NCBI GenBank assembly: GCA_052055015.1
Contig: JBQJIT010000050.1
Reading direction: 5' to 3' (one strand)
DNA: 40,803 nt
DNA from: Malassezia furfur
Lineage: Eukaryota
The notes beneath the pieces were generated by a model. That model worked only from the letters and a program-made list of their open reading frames with translations, searched no databases and was not told where the DNA came from. The position numbers and the translations under genes are program-made. Of this stretch, positions 1-11,412 are shown in pieces; the stretch's first letter is position 1, and each line of letters begins with the position of its first letter.

Positions 1-110
1 CGCGGCACGGCCAATCAGGCGTCCGGCGGCGCGGCGCGCGCGGCACGCGCGGAAATGACGCGCCCGCCGCCCGTTCCTTGCAGCGCGGCGCTTATGTCAT
101 CGGGTATCAT

Positions 111-3054
111 CTATGCAGAAGGGGGCGTCTCGAGGCGCGCCACGAGCGCCTGGAGGTGGCTAGGGGTCAGCGCGCCGCCGCGGCATACGTACCGGATCTT
201 GGCCTCGTCGCGCGCGCGCGCCTCGCGCGCGCCTAGGCGCTCGCGCTTGACGCGCTCGTCGGCCTCCTTGACGCGCTGCTCGAGCTCGCGCAGGCGCACG
301 GACCAACGCGTGGGCGAGTCGACGCCGGTGCTGGACGCGGCGCCGGCAGTGCGCGACGGCGCAGGGCTCGTGCGCACACGGCTCAGCTGCTGCTGTAGCG
401 TGTGATTTGTGCGCTGCAGCGTACCAAGCTCGGCCTCGGTGTCGACGATGCGCTTGCGCCACTGCGCCTGCTTCGCGGCCGCGGCCTTGATCGAGTGCTC
501 GATGCGCTCGAGTTGGCCCATGCGCGCCTCTTGCTGGCGACGCAGCGCCGCGACCTGGTCGGCCTGCGTGCGCTCGAGCGCGCGCGCACGCTGCTCGAAC
601 GTCTGTTGAATGTGCGACAGGCGGCGCACGAGCTGCATGAGCCGCTCGCTAAACTGCGGCAGCTGGTGCTGGACGAGCTTGGCATCGGACGCGACGCGCC
701 CGTCGTCATCGCCGGCATGCTTGCGCTGTGGGTTAGTAGGCCATACATACCACCACGCCTGCGGGCCCCGCGGCCCCGGACAGCGCCTTGGTGAGGCTCT
801 CATAGACGGTCGTCAACAGCTGGTTGCGCTCCGCAATTTGCGCGTGCGACGGTGCATCAGCGCGCCGCATCGCGCTCGGCGAGCGCTCGGTCTCGCTACG
901 CCGCGCGCGCAGGGTCGACAGTGTGTCGCGCGCCTCGTCCAGCGCCTTTTGCGCGACCTCGTAGCGCTCCTGCGCGCCCAGCCGCGCACGCACCTCGGCC
1001 TGCAACGTCGTGGCGAGCTCGCGCGTCTCGGCCTGCAGCCGGTGCACGTGGTCCTCGGTGTCGCCGACGCGCTCTTCGCGCAGTGCGAGCGCCTCCTGGA
1101 CACGCGCGAGCTCGGCGGTGAGGCGCTTGGCCTCGCGCTCGAAGCGCGCGCGCTCGGCCTCGAGCGTCTGCCGCTCGCTCGCCTGGTCCTCGCTGCGCCG
1201 GAGCTGCTTGGTGTCTTGCGACTGGAGCGCGCGCTGTAGCTTTTGCTGCTCACGCTCGAGCTGCTGCTTATCGGTGCGCATTTGCACAAGCTGCTGTTCG
1301 AGCGACTCGATCAGCTCGTTCTTGGCCTCGAGCGCGCGCTGCGTCTGCGCCTCCGACGAGGTGTAGCGCCGCGTCCAGGTCGTGTCCGCCTGCTCGCGCG
1401 CAGCCTCCTCGTCCTTGAGATCCTTGACGAGCTCAACGAGCTTCTCGTTCAGACGTGCATTCACCGCCTCGAGCTCGGCACGCTGCGCGCTGTGCCGGTC
1501 CAGCTGGTCGAGCAGCGTGTCACGCTCCGTGCGCAGCTCGTGGACGTCGGACGACAGCGCCGCAACGCTCTGCTGCGCGTCGTGCAGCTGCACCGCCGAC
1601 TGCGACAGCTTCTCCTTGAGCGCACTCGCCAGGCCGTCGTGGTAGGCATGCGCCTCGCTCAGCTCGCGCTCCAGACGCTGGTTCTCGGCGTCGAGCTGCT
1701 GCGCCTGCGCCAGCGCCGCGGCTTCCGACTCGCCGCGCACTACCAGCTGCTCCTCGAGCTCGGCAAGCGCTGCGTGCGAGTCCTGCTGCACCTGGTCCAT
1801 CCGGTCCAGCTCGCCGTCCTTCTCGGCAACAATCAGGCGCTCAGCTGCGAGCGCGTCCTGCAATGACGCAATTGTCTCGTGCTGCTCGTCCACCTGGCGC
1901 TGCAGCTGGTCAAGCGCCGCAGCGTCGGCCGACTCGGGGTGGTCGCGCAGGTAGGCAATCTCCTGCTCCGCGTCCTGCAGGTCTGCACGCAGGTTCTCGA
2001 TCAGCGCGTCGCGCTCGTCGTCGTCACGCTGTTCGCGCGCATGTGCGTCGCTTCGGGAAGCCAACTCACGCTCCAGCGCCTCGTTCTCAAGCTGCTGCGT
2101 GCGCAATGCCGCACGCAGCTCGTCCAGCTCTGTATCCTCTGTTCGCTCGGCACGTGCAGCGTCGGCGCGCGCCTCAGCCGTGCGCGCACGCTCCTCGGCA
2201 CGCTCCAACCGCTCTTGTAGCGCCTCGTAGTCCTGGATCTTGGACTCCCACGCCTTGACCTGCTTGTTGACCGTCTTGAGTGCCTGGTCCTGGCCCTTGA
2301 CCAGCTCATTGAGCTTCTGCAGACGGCGCACATACCCAAGTTTCTCCTGCCGCAGCGAAATCACCTCGGCGCCTACATCGTCAGGGCTCATGTTGCGCCG
2401 ATGGAAGTCAACCTCGATCTTGAGGTCATCGCGCTCGGCGGTCAGCTGGTCAATCTTCTGCTGCGTAGACTTGATCGAAATGCCGGCCGCAGTGCGCCGC
2501 CGCATTTCCTGCACACCCCAGTGCCCCGAGCTCGACTGGTCACCATTTGGGTCACCGTCCTCGTCCTCGAGCAGCTCCTCGACCGCATCGTCGTTTCGCA
2601 TCAACTGGCTTGCGCGCAGCGACGCCGACAACGACGACTCATCCAAGTCCAGGTCCGCGGTCGTGCTGCGTGGCGTTGCCAGAGCCATCCGCCGCGTCGC
2701 TGTCCGCGGTGTCGCCTGGTTGGATGAAGTTGGCTTGCGCGGCGTCGCTGCCGCATCCGGCGCGGAGGCAATCGGTGAGCTGGTCTCCGACGCGAGCGAG
2801 GGATCTTGTAACGCGGATTCCTCGGACGTATCATCTCTCGCATCCGAGTGCATCGTGCGGCTATCCTCCGTCGACGAGAAAAACGCCGCGGGGCGGCTAG
2901 GCTCCGAGGTCGGCAGGTCGAGGCTCTCCTCGGATTCGAGGCTCAACGACGGATCGTTGTGGAATGTTGCCATGCTTTGTTCCACGGACGCATCGGAAGT
3001 ATCTTGTACTCCGCTTTCATACAGCGCCTTGAGCGCCGCAATTCGGTTCGCCAT
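111..3054 (-). CDS. Coiled-coil gamma-tubulin complex receptor, Mto1/ApsB (centrosomin CM1)-like; exons 3054-751, 725-193, 159-111
   Basis: CM1-like motif SIKSTQQKIDQLTAERDDLKIEVDFHRR, long coiled coil, and C-terminal WSVRLRELEQRVKEADERVKRER resembling the Mto1/ApsB tail. The 25-nt intron 726-750 (GTATGT..TACTAAC..CAG) joins ORF 733..3054 to the frame of ORF 111..803. A probable in-frame 33-nt intron lies at 160-192 (GTACGT..CTGAC..TAG). Confidence 0.75.
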
Positions 3055-3563
3055 CGTCCCCGGCCCGGCGCCCGTGACCAGCGCGCGCGTGGATCAACAC
3101 CAAGGCGTGTCGCGCGGCGTTGCGTCACGTGAGGAAACCGCGGCGGCAAGCCGGGCGGCCCACCAGGGCTGACTGGACCACGAGAGGGTGTGTGCACGGC
3201 CAACGCACGGCGCGGATGCGCAGCGGCAGGACAGCACCATGGGCGGAACGGAAGCGCACAAGAGATTCTACGAGATCCACATCCGGCGTATCGCGCAACG
3301 ATCTGCCCCCCTGACACAGCACAACGGTTCTTCCTGACCACCCGGAGCAGGGCCCAACGCGCCCCATAACCAAGGCAGCCATAGATAGCATACAATGGCA
3401 TATGTGCATCCACGCAAAGCGTTGGCGTAGGCGCACGCACGCACACACAGAGTAAGCGGGCGCACGTAACCACTAAACCCCGTCAGCAGATCGTATCCGA
3501 CTCAGCGGTCCCAAAAGATACATGGAATTGCTTGGATCATAGGCTAATCAAAGCAGGGGGAAT

Positions 3564-3936
3564 TTACTCGTCATCGTCGCCGCCATCAGCCAGCTTGATG
3601 CACTGCAGCGGTGTTAGCATCTGCGCGCTCAAAGCAAGCCACATACCTTGTCACGGATGTCGGCCCACTGCTTCTGTATGTCGCACGCCGAAGCGAGTGT
3701 CAGTATACGTCCTCCTTCGCGCTGAATACGCACCCCCTTGTTGTGCCGGTCCCACCACATTTGCGTCGCGGTGTCGAAGCCGATGCCGAAGAGGAAGGCG
3801 CCCGTGAAGATGGTGCCGACGCTGTTTTTACGCCGCAAAAGCGGCCGTGTTAGTCGAGTCCCATCGCGCCACGCAGTACGTACTAGACCGAGTTGCGGAG
3901 TACAAACGTGTTGTAAAGCGTGTTTGCAAACGACAT
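3564..3936 (-). CDS. QCR9: Cytochrome bc1 complex subunit 9; 4 exons (introns 3822-3883, 3674-3733, 3603-3646)
   Basis: Manual splicing gives MSFANTLYNTFVLRNSVYVGTIFTGAFLFGIGFDTATQMWWDRHNKGKQWADIRDKCIKLADGGDDDE*, with the RNS and NKGKQW hallmarks of Qcr9/UQCR10. All three introns are GT-AG with CTRAC branch points. Confidence 0.93.
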
Positions 3937-4015
3937 GGTGTCCGTGGAGCGAATGAACGAAACCGGATTTGCCCATGACAAATCGCGCGGGTCTCGCCGA
4001 GCCTGGCCGATGCTA

Positions 4016-4023
4016 TCACGTGA
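4016..4023. promoter_or_regulatory. TCACGTGA E-box upstream of QCR9
   Basis: Palindromic octamer about 80 bp upstream of the QCR9 ATG, abutting the UBX gene stop codon. Confidence 0.5.
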
Positions 4024-4788
4024 CTATTTGCCGCCGGTGCCTTTGAACCACTGCGTGAGCCGTGCGCAGGCGCGTGCGTACCTTGGGGAACTTGCGCTTC
4101 TCGCGCGCCTGCTGTGCATCGGACGACGCGCCGTCCGACGCGTTCGGACGCACCGAGGGGACCTGGGTGGCGAAGGAGGGCGGGAGCGGCATGTCGCGGG
4201 CACGCGCAGCCACGTCACTCCGGAGAGGCGCAGGTGCATCCGTCGCTGCGTCAGTGCAGGCAACCTACCGTTGCGCGTGGGATCCGCCCAGCGGATGCCC
4301 AGCACCGCCGCCGGTGCAAACCCGAGCTGGACCAACGTAGTGCGTATTTGGTTGCGCGGAAAGTCGCGTTTGGGCGGTGACTGAAAGAGCATATAGTCGC
4401 CTTGGCTGCCTTCGTGCAGCGTGCTGTCCACCATGGTATAGACGTCATCGATCGTTGCAGAGTGTGGAAACGTGTGCTCGATTTGAGTCCGATCAGAAAA
4501 TCGGACGCGGATGCGCACGGTGTCGTATTGTTTTTTGATGCGCCCACTCGCGGCTTCTTGCCGCGCACGCATGGCACTGGTCATCAATGGCGCGTTGGGT
4601 CCATTGCGCTGCTGAATTACGCTCGCGAACGCTTCGCGCAGTTCCGCCGAGGTCGGTTCAAAGTTGTCGTGTTCGGGCGGGGGTGGCGCTTGGGTCAGTC
4701 AAGCTCACGTACCATAGGCACGGTTGTTCGGTGCACGATACACCGACACTGGCGTGGGCGCAGGGTCCGGGAACTCTTGTGCACTCAT
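4024..4788 (-). CDS. UBX-domain Cdc48/p97 adaptor (TUG/ASPSCR1/Ubx4-like); introns 4689-4712, 4246-4268, 4051-4081
   Basis: Spliced product MSAQEFPD...FEPTSAELR...LMTSAMRARQ...IRVRFSDRTQIEHTF...LFQSPPKR...LVQLGFAPAAVL...KFPKWFKGTGGK*. The UBX signature and terminal PKW motif are typical of the TUG family. Confidence 0.8.
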
Positions 4789-4879
4789 CGTGTGCAGGCA
4801 CGACGCGCCACCGTGGTGGTCCTGTGCGTAGGCGACACGCACGTGTGGAGGTCGCTGGGTCCCTCCACCACGTACCGCC

Positions 4880-7800
4880 ATGCAGGTCTGGCTGGCGGAG
4901 GCCACGGCGCAGCAGCGCACCCTGCTGGTGTCGCGCCACGAGCCGCAGCGCGGCGTGGAGACGTCGGATGTCGTGTTGTCTTTCAGTGCGTCGGCGGGGC
5001 GATGCACGCTGTCGGTGCTGCATGCGTCCGATTTGGTGTGGACGCACATGCAGCGGCTTTCGTCGCCGTCGGTGCCGCTGCTGGGCATCCTTGGCTTGCT
5101 CAAGATGGGGACCGATACCTACCTCGCATGCATCACGCACGCTGAGCGTGTGGGCTCTCTGCATGCGGACCAGTGGATTCGGCGCGTGCGGGGGGTGACC
5201 TTCTTCTGCATCAACCGGGCCGTGCGCGACGAGGAGTTTCAGTACGGCATCGACCCGCAAGAATACGGGCGGAGCACCACGTCGAGTGCTCCCGCCGAGA
5301 ATCCGTGTGCATCCATTCGCAAATACATGAACTCGGGCTCCTTCTTCTTTGCCGAGCGCTGTGCGTTCGACTTGACCCGCCGCTTCGCTCGCATCGAGTT
5401 GCACAGCGACATGGACCAGCAATTTTCGTCGCAGTTTGCGTGGAACACGTACATGATGGAGCCCATCCTGCAGTTCCGCACACGTCTCGACCCATCGCAG
5501 CGTGCTGAGCTCGACAGCGCGGCGCTGTTGGTGCTGGTAATCCAGGGGTACGTTGGCATGGCGTCGTTCCCCCTCGGCCCCGAGCGGCGCGACAAGGGCA
5601 CACTCGCGGTGATCAGCCGGCTGAGTGCGCGGCGGGCTGGCACGCGCTTCAATGCGCGCGGGATCGACGACCAGGGCTATGCGGCCAATTTCGCCGAGAC
5701 CGAGACGGTGCTGGCGTTTGGGGAGGACGTAATGAGTTTTGTGCAGGTGCGTGGCTCCGTGCCCCTGTTTTGGGAGCAACAGGGCCTGCAGGCGCTTAAT
5801 GCGCGTATCCAAATTACGCGCGTGGGCGCCGCGACGCAGCTGGCGTTTGAGCAGCACATGCAGCGCCTGCTGGACGAGTACGAGCGGGTATTTGCGCTCG
5901 ACCTGCTGGGCACGCGCGACGCCGAGACGATGCTGAGCCAGGGATACGTGCAGCACATTGATGCGATGCTGGCGCATCTGCCGCTGCACGGCGATGAGAA
6001 GCCGCTGCGGTACTACAACTTCGACTTTCACACCATCACCAAGGCCACGGGCGGATTGGATGGCACGCGCGCCGAGCTCGACCGGCTCAACAATGTGCAG
6101 ACGCAGCGGCAGTACAATGGGTACACGGTGGCGCAGTACCACCCCAACTACGTTGAGCACGTCATGACGCAGACGGGTGTGTTCCGCGTGAACTGCTTTG
6201 ACTGCCTCGACCGGACCAATGTGGTGCAGGGCTGCCTGTCGCACGCGGCATTGCGCGACTTTTTTCGCACGCTGGCGCGCGAGAAGTACGACGATGCCAA
6301 CCTGGCGCTGCTGCGCGACACGCCGGGGCTGCCCGAGGCGCTTTGGCCGCTGCACGGCCGCCTCTGGGCCGAGAACGGCGATACGCTCTCGCAGATCAGC
6401 ACGGGCACCGGGTCGCTCAACTCGGACTACACGCGCTCCGGCTCCAAAAAGTTTTTTGCTGGACTGCTGAGTGACGCAGCCAAGAGCGCGAGTCGGTACG
6501 TCGCCTCCCTTACCCAGCATGTACATGAACAATTTCCAGGACCAGAGCAAGCAGCAGGCCATCGACACGCTGCTCGGCACGCGCAGTGGGCAGGAGCAGG
6601 TCGTGCTGTACGACCCGGTGTACACGGCCGCCGACGAGGCGCTCGCGCGGCGCAAGGACGAGTATGCGACGCGGAAACGCGTCCGGCTCTTTGTTGGCAC
6701 CTACAACGTGTGTGCACAGCCGCCGCAGCAGCTCGAGGCGTGGTTACGGGAGGCGTCCGGCGCAGACATCGTGGCGCTCTCGTTCCAGGAGCTGGTGCCG
6801 CTCACCGCGCAGCAGATGCTTACCTCGTCAGCTGCCGAGCCGATGCGGCAGTGGGAGCGGATGGTGCTCGCAGCGCTGCACACCGGCACCGAATCGTACG
6901 TGGTACTGCGCAGCGAGCTGCTGTTTGCCACGGGTGTGCTGCTGCTCGTGCGCGAGACGATGCTGCCGCACGTGCGCAACGTCGAGGCCGCGTCCAAAAA
7001 GACGGGGATGCGCGGCATGAGCGGCAACAAGGGTGGCATTGCCGTGCGCATGGACATCTTTGACACGGACCTGTGTGTCGTCGGTGCGCACCTTGCGGCG
7101 GGCAGCACGAGTGTCGACGAGCGCAACAGCGACTATGCGAGCATCGCACGCGGCATCCAGTTCCCACGCGGGCGCACCATCGACGCCCACACCCACGTCG
7201 TTTGGGCGGGCGACCTGAACTACCGCTTCGACCAGCTGAGCAGCGCCGAGGTGCGCGGCCTGTGTGCGGAGCTGCCGCCGTCGGGCGCGTCAGACGCCGC
7301 GGCGCCCGAGGGTGTGCTGCGCAAGCTGCAGGCGCATGACCAGCTCAAGCTCGCGCAGGCGTCGCAGGCGGCGTTTGCGGGCTACCAGGAGGGGCCGATC
7401 ACCTTCCGCCCGACATACAAGTACGACATTCACACCGACACCTACGACTCCTCCGAAAAGGCACGCGCGCCCGCGTGGACGGACCGCGTGCTGTGGCGCA
7501 CCAAGATGCACGAAACAGACGCGGTTCGGCTCACTACCTACGCGTGTGCGGACCTACGGATCAGCGATCACCGCCCGGTGCATGCGCAGCTCGACGTGCT
7601 CGTATACGCCGTGGACACAGCGAAGCGTGCTGCGCTGCAGAAAGAGCTCGTGGGTGCCGCACAGCAGAGCGTGCCGAGCGCGCCGCCGAGCGACAACAGC
7701 ACCTCCCTCCCGCCGCCGTCTGACGACGCCCAGCAGTGGTGGAACCAAGGCGCGCCGCTGCGCCCCAGCACCGACGCGACGCTCGGCAACCCGTTTGTTG

Positions 7801-8006
7801 AGGCGCCACCGTCGCTCCCTGCACGGCCGCGGGGTGCCGCAGCAGCAGCGGTGCCGCCGCCGCCGCCGCCAAGACCGTCCAGTGTGATCGCCGCCGACGA
7901 CCCAACAAGCCGTGACACGCGTGAGCACGCGTCGAGCCTATCAGCGCGGGTCGACGAAAATCCCGCGGCACCGCCCCCTATTCCTCGGCGGCCCAATTTT
8001 TCGTAG
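4880..8006 (+). CDS. Synaptojanin-like phosphoinositide phosphatase (SAC1 domain plus 5-phosphatase; Inp52/Inp53/Syj1 family); intron 6496-6517
   Basis: SAC1 motifs RAGTRFNARGIDD, QVRGSVPLFW and catalytic CFDCLDRTN; 5-phosphatase motifs WAGDLNYR and PAWTDRVLW; Pro-rich tail with NPF. Removing the 22-nt intron restores AKSASR-MYMNNFQD and links ORF 4880..7063 to ORF 6471..8006. Confidence 0.92.
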
Positions 8007-8053
8007 GGAAAAAAATTTAGGTTTCCCGCACCTGCCGACTTCCGTTGTCCAAC

Positions 8054-10084
8054 ATGCTTCGCCCGCGTCTGATCGCGCCGATGCCACTGCGGCCGCTGCG
8101 CCCGGTGCCTGTGCGTGTGCCAAAACTGGCCATGGCGGGGCCGATGACCCGGTCGTTTATGTCGACGCCGCCGCAGAACTCGTTGCGTGGCTGGCTTTGG
8201 CGCAAGCGCACGGTACGATACCCGACATATGCGATTGGCTCGCTGCTCTTCTCGACGGTGACGGTGCTTGGCGGTCTGCTGATCTGGGATGCCATGACCT
8301 ACCACCACGTTGACTTGAAGAGCACGATGGTGCCGAGCCTGGTCGAGTCCCCCCACGGCGGCCCGGACAATCTCGCGATTCTGCCGCCGACTGCGGCCGA
8401 GTCGGAGCTGCCGCCGAGCAAGCGCAAGGAGCGTCTGGTGGTGATCGGCGGTGGCTGGGCGACTGTGAGCATGCTGTTCAAGCTTGACCACGACGCGTAC
8501 GACGTCGTGGTCGTGAGCCCGAACAACTACTTCCTGTTTACGCCGCTGCTTCCCGCGGTGGCCGTCGGTACGATCGGTGTGCGCTCGGTGATCGAGTCGA
8601 TGCGCAAGCTGCTTTCGTACATTGGTGGTCGTTTCGTCCAGGGTGCTGCTGTGAAGCTGTGCTTTGCCGACGAGTTGGATCAGCGCACGCTCAGCTCTAC
8701 CAACAACCCCGCGGGCTTGGTGGCCGTCGAGGTGATTTCGACCGACTGGGACGGCGATATGGATACGCCGCGCGAGCCCAATGCCGGAAATATGATCTAC
8801 CTTCCGTACGACAAGCTGATTGTTGCGCCTGGCAGTGTCACGAACAACCGCGGCGTCAAGGGCCTCGAGAACTGTGCGCGCCTCAAGACGATCCGTGACG
8901 CCCAGAACCTGCGCAAGCGTCTGATTGAGAACTTGGAAGTGGCCTCGTTGCCCACGACGCCCAAGGAGGACCGTGAGCGCCTGCTGTCGTTTGTCGTGTG
9001 CGGTGGTGGTCCGACCGGCGTAGAGATTGCCGCCGAGATCTACGATATGCTGAACGAAGACGTGCACCGACACTTCCCGCCGTCGATCCGGCAGCTGGCA
9101 TGCGTGCACCTAATCCAAAGCCGCAACCACATCCTCAACACCTACTCGGAGAAGATTTCGGAGTACGCCGAAAACCGCTTCCGCAACGAGAGCATCGATC
9201 TGATCACCAACGCCCACGTATCCGAAGTCATGCCTGATAAGGTCGTGTACAAGGTGCGCAACGAGCTCACGGGCGAGACCGAGGAGCGCGAGGTCACCTC
9301 GGGATGCACGGTGTGGTCGACGGGCATTGCGATGGCCAACTTCACCAAGGTGCTTGCAGACATGCTTCCAGACCAGGACAACCCGCACGCACTGCGCGTC
9401 GATGCGCACCTCCGTGTGCTCGGTGCGCCGCAGGGCACTATCTACGCCATGGGCGATGCGTCGACGGTTGACCGCGACCTCGAGGGGTTCATGCGCAAAA
9501 ACTTTGATCGCTTCGACGGCGACCATGACGGGTCGCTGACGGTATCCGAGTTTAGTGACTTTGTCAACAAGCTGTGCCGCAAATTCCCTCTGGCGTCGCG
9601 CCACATGACCAACATTGAGGAGCTCTTCGAGAAGTACGACACAGACCACGACCACAAGATCAAGGCGGACGAGCTCGCGGCGCTTGTGCGCGACGCGGCC
9701 AAGGAGCTGACCAGTTTCCCGCCGACTGCGCAGGTGGCCAGCCAGGAGGGCAAGTACCTCGGCCGTAAGCTGAACGCGCTCGCCAAGTTCCGCAAGGAAC
9801 ATGGTGCGAGCAACCTGAACGACCCGGATGCGTTCGACATCGACGACGAGGTGTACAAGCCTTTCCAGTTCCGCAGCCTTGGCAACGTCGCCTACCTCGG
9901 CAACGCCGCGGCATTCGACCTGCCGCTTCCGGAGCCGTTCCACACATTCTTTGGTGGCCTCGCGGTGATGTACGCGTGGCGCAGTGTGTATCTCTCGGAG
10001 CTCGTCTCGCTGCGCACGCGTGTTCTTGTGCTGGGCGACTTTATCAAGCGCAGTCTATGGGGCCGCGACCTTACTTGGACGTAG
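8054..10084 (+). CDS. Mitochondrial type II (alternative, external) NAD(P)H:ubiquinone oxidoreductase with EF-hand insertion
   Basis: Arg-rich presequence, VVIGGGW, FLFTPLLP, CGGGPTGVE, two EF-hand-like loops (DGDHDGSLTVSE, DTDHDHKIKADE), PTAQVASQEG and C-terminal WRSVYLS...WGRD. First ATG is at 8054. Confidence 0.92.
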   Translation: MLRPRLIAPMPLRPLRPVPVRVPKLAMAGPMTRSFMSTPPQNSLRGWLWRKRTVRYPTYAIGSLLFSTVTVLGGLLIWDAMTYHHVDLKSTMVPSLVESPHGGPDNLAILPPTAAESELPPSKRKERLVVIGGGWATVSMLFKLDHDAYDVVVVSPNNYFLFTPLLPAVAVGTIGVRSVIESMRKLLSYIGGRFVQGAAVKLCFADELDQRTLSSTNNPAGLVAVEVISTDWDGDMDTPREPNAGNMIYLPYDKLIVAPGSVTNNRGVKGLENCARLKTIRDAQNLRKRLIENLEVASLPTTPKEDRERLLSFVVCGGGPTGVEIAAEIYDMLNEDVHRHFPPSIRQLACVHLIQSRNHILNTYSEKISEYAENRFRNESIDLITNAHVSEVMPDKVVYKVRNELTGETEEREVTSGCTVWSTGIAMANFTKVLADMLPDQDNPHALRVDAHLRVLGAPQGTIYAMGDASTVDRDLEGFMRKNFDRFDGDHDGSLTVSEFSDFVNKLCRKFPLASRHMTNIEELFEKYDTDHDHKIKADELAALVRDAAKELTSFPPTAQVASQEGKYLGRKLNALAKFRKEHGASNLNDPDAFDIDDEVYKPFQFRSLGNVAYLGNAAAFDLPLPEPFHTFFGGLAVMYAWRSVYLSELVSLRTRVLVLGDFIKRSLWGRDLTWT

Positions 10085-10088
10085 AGAA

Positions 10089-11174
10089 CTACAATGCAAT
10101 GGTGAGTTTTTTGCCGGTCACATCGCCACGGCGCACTCGGTCCACGCCGGCCTCGACGGCACGAAGGCCGCCCGGCACCGCCTCGGCGTCGTTGGGCTTT
10201 ACCAGGCCTCGCGCCAGTAGATTCGTCAGGATGCCGCTGCGCGCAAATGCGGCCATGAAGTGGCGGTCTTCCTGGGCCTCCGCGTGAGTACACGACTTGA
10301 AAAAGAGGTCCATTGCCTCGCCTTCTGTCGTGTACAGAAGGAAAAAGGTCGCGTGCACCCGGAGGTTCACTTCACGCACATCGCCATCGTACAGGAGCGT
10401 CACAAGTCGCGAGGACTGCGTCTTGGAGAGTGCACGCGCGCACAGTGCCGACGAGCCCTTCTCAGAATAGGCATCGACCGCCATAACGAGGTCCGGGTGC
10501 GCCTGGGCAATCGCATCCGCCACATTAGGCTCACGGTAATCGTATACCTCGGACGCTCCTAGGCTCTTGAGGAAATCGGCGTGCCGCAAGGATGCCGTGG
10601 CAATCACATAGCACCCCGACGTACGCGCCAGCTGTACAAGGAACTGGCCCACAGACGACGCCCCGGACCAGACCAGTAGCTTCTTCGCGGGGTCAATGGG
10701 CGGCAAGCGATCGATATCAGCTGGCGGCGGTGTTAGCCCAAGATTTTTGCTTTGGTACAGCGCCATGTATGCGGTGAAACTTGTGATGCCCAATCCCGCT
10801 GCCAGGGAATCACTGATGTTGTCCGGGACGCGGATTACACTGTCAGGCGAGGTCTTTAGATACTCGGCAAATGCGCCGATCCCGTCATGGATCGCGCCAT
10901 GTACCCAGCCAGCCACACGTTCTCCTAGCTTGAGATCACTGTCACATTCTGCCCCTTTTTCGGCAACCGTGCCTACAAAGTCGGAGCCGAGGATCGTTCC
11001 TTGGACACCTAAAACATCCAGGTGTTTCCAGTCAGCAGGACTTAGTCCCATGCTAACCACCTTGACGAGTATCTCCTTAGAACCTGGCTTGGGCACATTG
11101 ATCCGCTCTATCTTTGCGCTGCCTTTTCCTTGGACAACCCACGCATCCATCTGAGATGGGATTTTGGCACTCAT
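10089..11174 (-). CDS. MDR-superfamily enoyl-reductase-like oxidoreductase (ToxD/YNL134C-like), copy 1
   Basis: SPADWKH, GSDFVGTV, GAFAEY, WSGASSVG, LGASEVYDY, GKKL. Start set at ATG 11174 (MSAKIPSQM) by alignment with the paralogues. Intronless. Confidence 0.88.
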   Translation of the reverse strand: MSAKIPSQMDAWVVQGKGSAKIERINVPKPGSKEILVKVVSMGLSPADWKHLDVLGVQGTILGSDFVGTVAEKGAECDSDLKLGERVAGWVHGAIHDGIGAFAEYLKTSPDSVIRVPDNISDSLAAGLGITSFTAYMALYQSKNLGLTPPPADIDRLPPIDPAKKLLVWSGASSVGQFLVQLARTSGCYVIATASLRHADFLKSLGASEVYDYREPNVADAIAQAHPDLVMAVDAYSEKGSSALCARALSKTQSSRLVTLLYDGDVREVNLRVHATFFLLYTTEGEAMDLFFKSCTHAEAQEDRHFMAAFARSGILTNLLARGLVKPNDAEAVPGGLRAVEAGVDRVRRGDVTGKKLTIAL

Positions 11175-11412
11175 GGTGGTACTTGCCAAGCTGGCAAAAA
11201 GCGGTGCTTTCAAAGCGGGATTTCTTCCGCGCACGGACCAGCACGGACCAAGCTGGAAAAACCTCATGATGCATTTCACACACAATGTTCGTTATAATGC
11301 TTGCGGAAACGCATCCCATAACACACTGTCCATACCTTCTAAGAATATACATTCATTCTAGTCTTCCAAATAAAACATTCTATCTAAATCCCACAACTTG
11401 GCGCTATATAGC

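Noticed and set aside
6490..6520. Apparent frameshifts in conserved genes read as pseudogenes or programmed frameshifting
   Set aside because: Each break coincides with a canonical GT..branch..AG micro-intron that restores the frame and the conserved sequence.
4658..9109. Long minus-strand ORFs (680 aa, 513 aa) opposite synaptojanin and NDH-2
   Set aside because: Antisense shadows of GC3-biased coding sequence; no recognisable motifs.
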